A stretch of DNA of 64,000 nt from Myxococcota bacterium (GTDB lineage: Bacteria > Myxococcota_A > UBA9160 > UBA6930): positions 4,256,001-4,320,000 of the forward strand of contig OZ245015.1 in NCBI GenBank assembly GCA_965223705.1, read 5' to 3'. Each line of letters starts with the position of its first letter. Position 1 is the stretch's first letter. The translations under genes and the position numbers were made by a program. The notes under the pieces were generated by a model that made no database searches, was not told the DNA's origin, and worked only from the letters and a program-made list of their open reading frames with translations. Below, one piece after another: positions 59,744-64,000 of the stretch.

Positions 59744-60325
59744 CTAGCGAAAGTTTCCGCTCGAAAGCGTCAGGCTCTCGAGTCGCGCGAGCTGCGCTTC
59801 GAGGAGCTGTCGCTTTCGCTGAATCAACATCACGATGAAGAGCCCGGGCAACGCGATGGTGAGGCCCGTCTGGGTCGTGACCAGCGCTTCCGAGATCCCG
59901 GAGGCGACGACGCCGGCGGTCTCGCCGCCGCCGCTCGTCGAGATGCCGAAGAAGGTCTGCAGCATCCCGAGCACCGTTCCGAGCAACCCGAGGAGCGGCG
60001 CGGCCGCCACCAGTGTTTTGACGAACTGAGAGCGTCGATCGATCAGCGACAAGATGGCGAGGCGTACTTCGTCAAAGCGCGTCCGGACGTCGTCCTCGGT
60101 GGACGCGCCGGCCTGCGTATAGGCGATGATGCGACCGACCGGTCCCTCCGCCCGCTCGGGCGAACGCACCCATTCCCACCAGTGGAGCTCGGTTTCGTCA
60201 CCGAAGCTCGCGCGGCCGACGTAGAGCATCAACGCGAACGCCTGGGCGTAGAGAAGCACGGCGAGGGCGAAGAGCGGGATCATCACCCAGCCGCCCGAGA
60301 GCCAGATGTCGAGGATGCGGTCCAC
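59744..60325 (-). CDS. exbB: MotA/TolQ/ExbB proton channel protein
   Basis: GGWVMIPL, APLLGLLGTVLGM, GISEALVTT. Confidence 0.9.
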   Translation of the reverse strand: MDRILDIWLSGGWVMIPLFALAVLLYAQAFALMLYVGRASFGDETELHWWEWVRSPERAEGPVGRIIAYTQAGASTEDDVRTRFDEVRLAILSLIDRRSQFVKTLVAAAPLLGLLGTVLGMLQTFFGISTSGGGETAGVVASGISEALVTTQTGLTIALPGLFIVMLIQRKRQLLEAQLARLESLTLSSGNFR

Positions 60326-61767
60326 TAACGCTCGTCGTCCTCGAGATTGCGTGCACCCTGCAGAGCGGGGTGACCGATCTGCAGGCGTTCGCGAATCGAT
60401 TCGAGCCCGTTCACGAAAGCGACGGAAAGCTGTTCGAGGAGCCCGATCTTCCGTTTCGCCATGCGCGACAGCGCGCCGTGAAGAATCAATGTGGGGATCG
60501 CCACGATGAGACCGAGCGCCGTCGTGACCAGCGCCTCGGAGATTCCCGAAGACAGGCTCTTCGCGTCGCCGGTGCCAAACACCGTGATGAGCTGGAACGT
60601 CTTGATCATGCCGACCACGGTGCCGAGCAGCCCGAGAAGCGGTGCGGCAGCGGCCGTGATCGCCAAGAACGGCAGGAAGCGCTCGAGGGAGGGCCTTACG
60701 CGGAGAATCTTCTCGAACAGGAGCTCTTCGAGAACGCCGCGTTTTTCCGTCGCGTGGTCGACGCCGGTGGTCAGCATGTCGCCCGCGACCCCACCCAGCT
60801 GACGGGCCTCGGCGGAAGCCGCCGTGTGATTGCCGTTCGCCAGGGCTTCGAGCACTTCGTCGACGCGCTCGGGATCCGCCACGCGGAAGGACAAGATTTC
60901 AAACACTTTGAACGCGGTGAGAAGAAGCGCCGCTACGCCGAGCGCGATGATGACGTAGCCCACGGCGCCGCCATCGCGCACGTAGTCGAGCACGCCCTTT
61001 CGCGCCTTCTCGATCTTGAGCGCCTTTCCCAGTGTCGCGTCGAAGGGCAACGTGCCGCGCCCTTCTTGTGCCAGCGCGACGATTCCAGATCGGAGGTGCG
61101 CGGGGAGGCTAACCACCACCGGATCCGCTGCGTTGAGCTGGTTCTCGACGAGCCCGACGACCGCGCCGTCTTCACTCGCGAAAAACACCGTGGGTCCGAG
61201 TGAAATGAACTTACCGGCGGTGAGCACGCCTTCCGGCGACAACGCCTCGCCGGCGTAGACCTGCCCGCCCAGCTGGTCGCTCAGCCGATTCACCGCGGCG
61301 CGGACGACCGCCACCTGCGCGGCGCGTTTCCCTTCCGCGTCGAGGTTGACGTTCTTCTCCGCGAGCTTCGCCGCTTCCGTCTTCTTTTCGTAGAGGGGCA
61401 ACTCGCTGATATCGAGGCGGCTCTCGAAATCGCGAACGAACTCGTTCAAGCGGCTGTTGATGAATTCTTCTTGCTCGCGCAGGGACTCGACCTGCTTTCG
61501 CAGCGACGTCAGATCGACGCCGCGGCTGTCGCGGACCTTGTAGAGCTCCGTCCGCTTTTGACGAAGTGTAAGTACCTCTTTCTCGAGGTTCGAAACCGCG
61601 CGGGAGAGCGGGACCCGCTCCTTCGCGATGCGATCCCGCGTCGCCGAGAGCTCCGACAGCGCTTTCTTGAGCCGCGCGTCGATTTCTCCGCTCGCTTTCT
61701 CGAACGATTGCGCGTCGGCGGAGGCCGAAAAGATCAGGGTACTCGCTAGGAGCAAGATGCGAACCAT
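60325..61767 (-). CDS. large ExbB-family protein with periplasmic coiled coil (TtpC-like)
   Basis: Signal peptide, coiled coil, C-terminal APLLGLLGTVVGM and GISEALVTT. Confidence 0.88.
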   Translation of the reverse strand: MVRILLLASTLIFSASADAQSFEKASGEIDARLKKALSELSATRDRIAKERVPLSRAVSNLEKEVLTLRQKRTELYKVRDSRGVDLTSLRKQVESLREQEEFINSRLNEFVRDFESRLDISELPLYEKKTEAAKLAEKNVNLDAEGKRAAQVAVVRAAVNRLSDQLGGQVYAGEALSPEGVLTAGKFISLGPTVFFASEDGAVVGLVENQLNAADPVVVSLPAHLRSGIVALAQEGRGTLPFDATLGKALKIEKARKGVLDYVRDGGAVGYVIIALGVAALLLTAFKVFEILSFRVADPERVDEVLEALANGNHTAASAEARQLGGVAGDMLTTGVDHATEKRGVLEELLFEKILRVRPSLERFLPFLAITAAAAPLLGLLGTVVGMIKTFQLITVFGTGDAKSLSSGISEALVTTALGLIVAIPTLILHGALSRMAKRKIGLLEQLSVAFVNGLESIRERLQIGHPALQGARNLEDDER

Positions 61768-61770
61768 CGG

Positions 61771-62526
61771 TCAGCGCGCCTCCACGGGCAGCGCGACGAA
61801 CTCGATGTTGTCGACGTTCCCTTCATAGATATCGAGGAGCAAGCTCGCCTGACGCGCGAGCTCGGGCTCGTTCGAGAACTCCCATCCGTCGGGCCCCGAA
61901 GGTCGCCCGATCCCTGCAGTTTGCCCTTGGGCGTCGACGTACATCGCCTGGCCGAGGCCCCAGTAGAGCGTCCGCACCTGCACCTTCTGCCCGCCGGAAA
62001 TCGCGCGCGTCTCGCCGACGAAAGAAGCCGTACCGTCGAACTTCTCGACCTGGGCGAGCACGCCGAGAACATTCATCAGCCGTTGGCCCAGCTGGCTCTT
62101 CCCCTTCGAGGGATCCTCTGGAATTTGGACCAGCAGGAGCTTGAGCTTTTCTTGCAGCGGCTGGGGAAGCTGAGGCGCGAGCGAGAGCACTTCTTCTTCC
62201 AGGCCGCGAATCTGCTCCTCGAGGACGGCGCTCGCGCGTTGGTACTCGGCGCGTTGAAGCAGCAACTCTCGCCGCTCTTCGTCCGCCGCGCCTGTCGACG
62301 CTTCGAGTTCTTCGACTTCCTCGGCGAGCGCCTTCTTCTCCTGCTTGAGGAGATCCCGCTCAGAGCGGAGGTACTGTTGATCGATCTCCCAGCCGGACTT
62401 CTCCTCGGAGATGATCTGGCGCGTCTCGACCCACTTCTCGGTCTTGCTGCGGAATGCGTCCACGGAGTCCGCGGCCTGAGCGCTACCCGCAAGAGCGAGC
62501 ACGCCGAGCGCGAGATAACGAAGCAT
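61771..62526 (-). CDS. DUF3450 family exported coiled-coil protein
   Basis: Signal peptide, coiled coil, LYWGLGQAMY, FVALPV; position upstream of the ExbB pair. Confidence 0.75.
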   Translation of the reverse strand: MLRYLALGVLALAGSAQAADSVDAFRSKTEKWVETRQIISEEKSGWEIDQQYLRSERDLLKQEKKALAEEVEELEASTGAADEERRELLLQRAEYQRASAVLEEQIRGLEEEVLSLAPQLPQPLQEKLKLLLVQIPEDPSKGKSQLGQRLMNVLGVLAQVEKFDGTASFVGETRAISGGQKVQVRTLYWGLGQAMYVDAQGQTAGIGRPSGPDGWEFSNEPELARQASLLLDIYEGNVDNIEFVALPVEAR

Positions 62527-62583
62527 GGTGAGAGGCCTCCCTGAGGCCCCCAAGATATGGGGGACGTGTGACGGGAAATCGTA

Positions 62584-62634
62584 GGATGGAAAACGTTTCC
62601 ATCCGGGTTGACCCCGATTTCGTCGCGATTTCGT
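62584..62634. promoter_or_regulatory. palindromic LacI-like operator plus 11-bp-period direct repeat
   Basis: GGATGGAAA-ACG-TTTCCATCC (62584-62604); CGATTTCGT at 62615 and 62626. Confidence 0.55.
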
Positions 62635-62662
62635 TACTGAAATCTCTTGCACACGGGTCCCG

Positions 62663-63472
62663 CTAGTTCGCCGCGACCGCCTGGACCTTGAGGTTCTTCA
62701 TGGCTTCGACGAGTCGATCTGCGGTCCCTTCGCCCCAGACTTCTTCGAAATACGAGCGCCCTTCTGAGGAAGTCAGAAGCACTCGCGGATACTCCTCTGC
62801 GGTCACCAACGTCGTCGAGTACGGCTCAGAGAGGCGCTCCATCATGAATGGGATGAGCCACCCTTGCTTCTGCAGGACACGCATCACCTCGATGTCCGGG
62901 GCATCGCCTTGGGGGAAGAAGACGGGCATGACAGCCTCCGGGATCGCCCGCTCGCGGATCGCGCGCGCCATGGCCTCGAAGGCTTCCGACTCGGGATCGG
63001 CGAAGATGTTCAAGAATCCGGCGGCGGCTTCCGCCTCGATCGGGTTTAGCGGGTTGGGCAACACACCTGACGATTCGAAAAGCCGCGGGACAACCGATGT
63101 CGTGAAATTTGCGCGCCGCTTCCGAATTTCGCCGCGGCGAATGCCGTTCGCCGCTTCGACAATGTTCGTCGACGTTATGGGAACGCGAAAGATTCCGTAG
63201 CTCGGCAGGTCAATCCGCGCGTGGCCTTCGGGCTCGACTCGAATGAGGATTCCCTTGGCGCCCTTACGCAGCGTCAGCGCAGACCCGGGCGGACTCCAGT
63301 CGGCGGCCATTTCGACGCGGTATGGCCAAAAGGCTTCTCGGTCGAGCAGATTGCCGACCGTGACTTCATCAGGTGGCGTCGTCGCAGCAACCTTCTCCGA
63401 ATGGGTCTCTGTGCATGCAACGAGCATCAGGGCCGAGAAGGTAAACGCGACGGGAAGCGTGAGAGATCTCAT
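62663..63472 (-). CDS. hypothetical lipoprotein, possible redox-inactive thioredoxin-like C-terminal domain
   Basis: Lipobox LVAC; WLIPF and YPRVLLTSSEGR resemble thioredoxin-like elements; no CxxC. Confidence 0.65.
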   Translation of the reverse strand: MRSLTLPVAFTFSALMLVACTETHSEKVAATTPPDEVTVGNLLDREAFWPYRVEMAADWSPPGSALTLRKGAKGILIRVEPEGHARIDLPSYGIFRVPITSTNIVEAANGIRRGEIRKRRANFTTSVVPRLFESSGVLPNPLNPIEAEAAAGFLNIFADPESEAFEAMARAIRERAIPEAVMPVFFPQGDAPDIEVMRVLQKQGWLIPFMMERLSEPYSTTLVTAEEYPRVLLTSSEGRSYFEEVWGEGTADRLVEAMKNLKVQAVAAN

Positions 63473-63511
63473 AGAAGAACTCGTTCCATTCAGTGGTTGA
63501 TTGATTCAAGT

Positions 63512-63547
63512 GAAGCGCCGCCGCCCCGAGAAGGGCGACGGCGCTTC
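63512..63547 (-). terminator. GC-rich stem-loop after the PEP-CTERM gene
   Basis: gaagcgccgccgccc-cgagaa-gggcgacggcgcttc; weak U tract. Confidence 0.55.
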
Positions 63548-63573
63548 GAATCAGGCAAGGCCCGCTGACCGCC

Positions 63574-64000
63574 TTAGCGGCGCACGCGGCCCGCGCGCTG
63601 GAGGCCGAGGAGACCCGCCAGCAGCATGAGAGCCGTCGACGGCTCCGGAATCGGCGCCGTCGTCGCGCTGATACCGAGGTTGTCGATCGCGGTGTTGCCT
63701 TGGTCGAAGGTCAAGCGAACGAACGCCATCGTCCCACCGTCGAGGAGCCCCGGCAGATTGACATTGTAGAGCGCCGCCGCGTCGGTGAGGTTCAACGTGG
63801 TGACCGCGCTGTAGGCCGCACCATCCGCCGAAGCCTCGACTTGGATAGTTCCCGCGTCCGCGCCGAGAATCATCACGCCCGCCAGGTCGAGCATATACTG
63901 AGTGCCGAGCAAGCCGACTGTGGTGAGGTCCGACTTGAAGACGATGCTCGTCGCCGCGGTGGCTTCGAGGCTCACGTCCGAGTACGGAAAACCGCGAGCG
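63574..64000 (-). CDS. PEP-CTERM sorting-signal surface protein (5' end outside the window)
   Basis: C-terminal IPEPSTALMLLAGLLGLQRAGRVRR. Confidence 0.9.
   Translation of the reverse strand, partial: ARGFPYSDVSLEATAATSIVFKSDLTTVGLLGTQYMLDLAGVMILGADAGTIQVEASADGAAYSAVTTLNLTDAAALYNVNLPGLLDGGTMAFVRLTFDQGNTAIDNLGISATTAPIPEPSTALMLLAGLLGLQRAGRVRR

Overview
High-GC bacterial chromosome segment, densely coding. Gene content suggests Myxococcota or a deltaproteobacteria-like lineage (inference only). It carries about 60 CDSs, mostly housekeeping or stress genes: polB (5'-truncated by the window), groES-groEL, hemF, gluQ, hslO, rmuC, mazG, uvrA, tldD/tldE, purC, lysA, cbpA-type DnaJ and a UGPase. I saw no rRNA, tRNA, CRISPR array, transposase or phage genes. 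Most notable observations: (1) an AhpD/CMD-family gene split in the ORF track by an in-frame UGA at a CxxU position and followed by a SECIS-like hairpin, probably a selenoprotein; (2) a divergent two-component system facing a secreted vWA - PspA/IM30 - membrane protein - TlpA operon, with CpxR-like boxes between them; (3) a stand-alone cluster of zinc-independent S14/L31B/L28 with a candidate Zur operator over its promoter; (4) a degenerate PD-(D/E)xK-like protein fused to a Tudor-like domain; (5) an atypical orphan OmpR/PhoB regulator with pho-box-like repeats facing an unannotated small membrane protein; (6) two long intergenic hairpins; (7) a TonB-less DUF3450-ExbB-ExbB-ExbD cluster beside a PEP-CTERM gene. 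All calls come from motif recognition by eye; no database searches were run.
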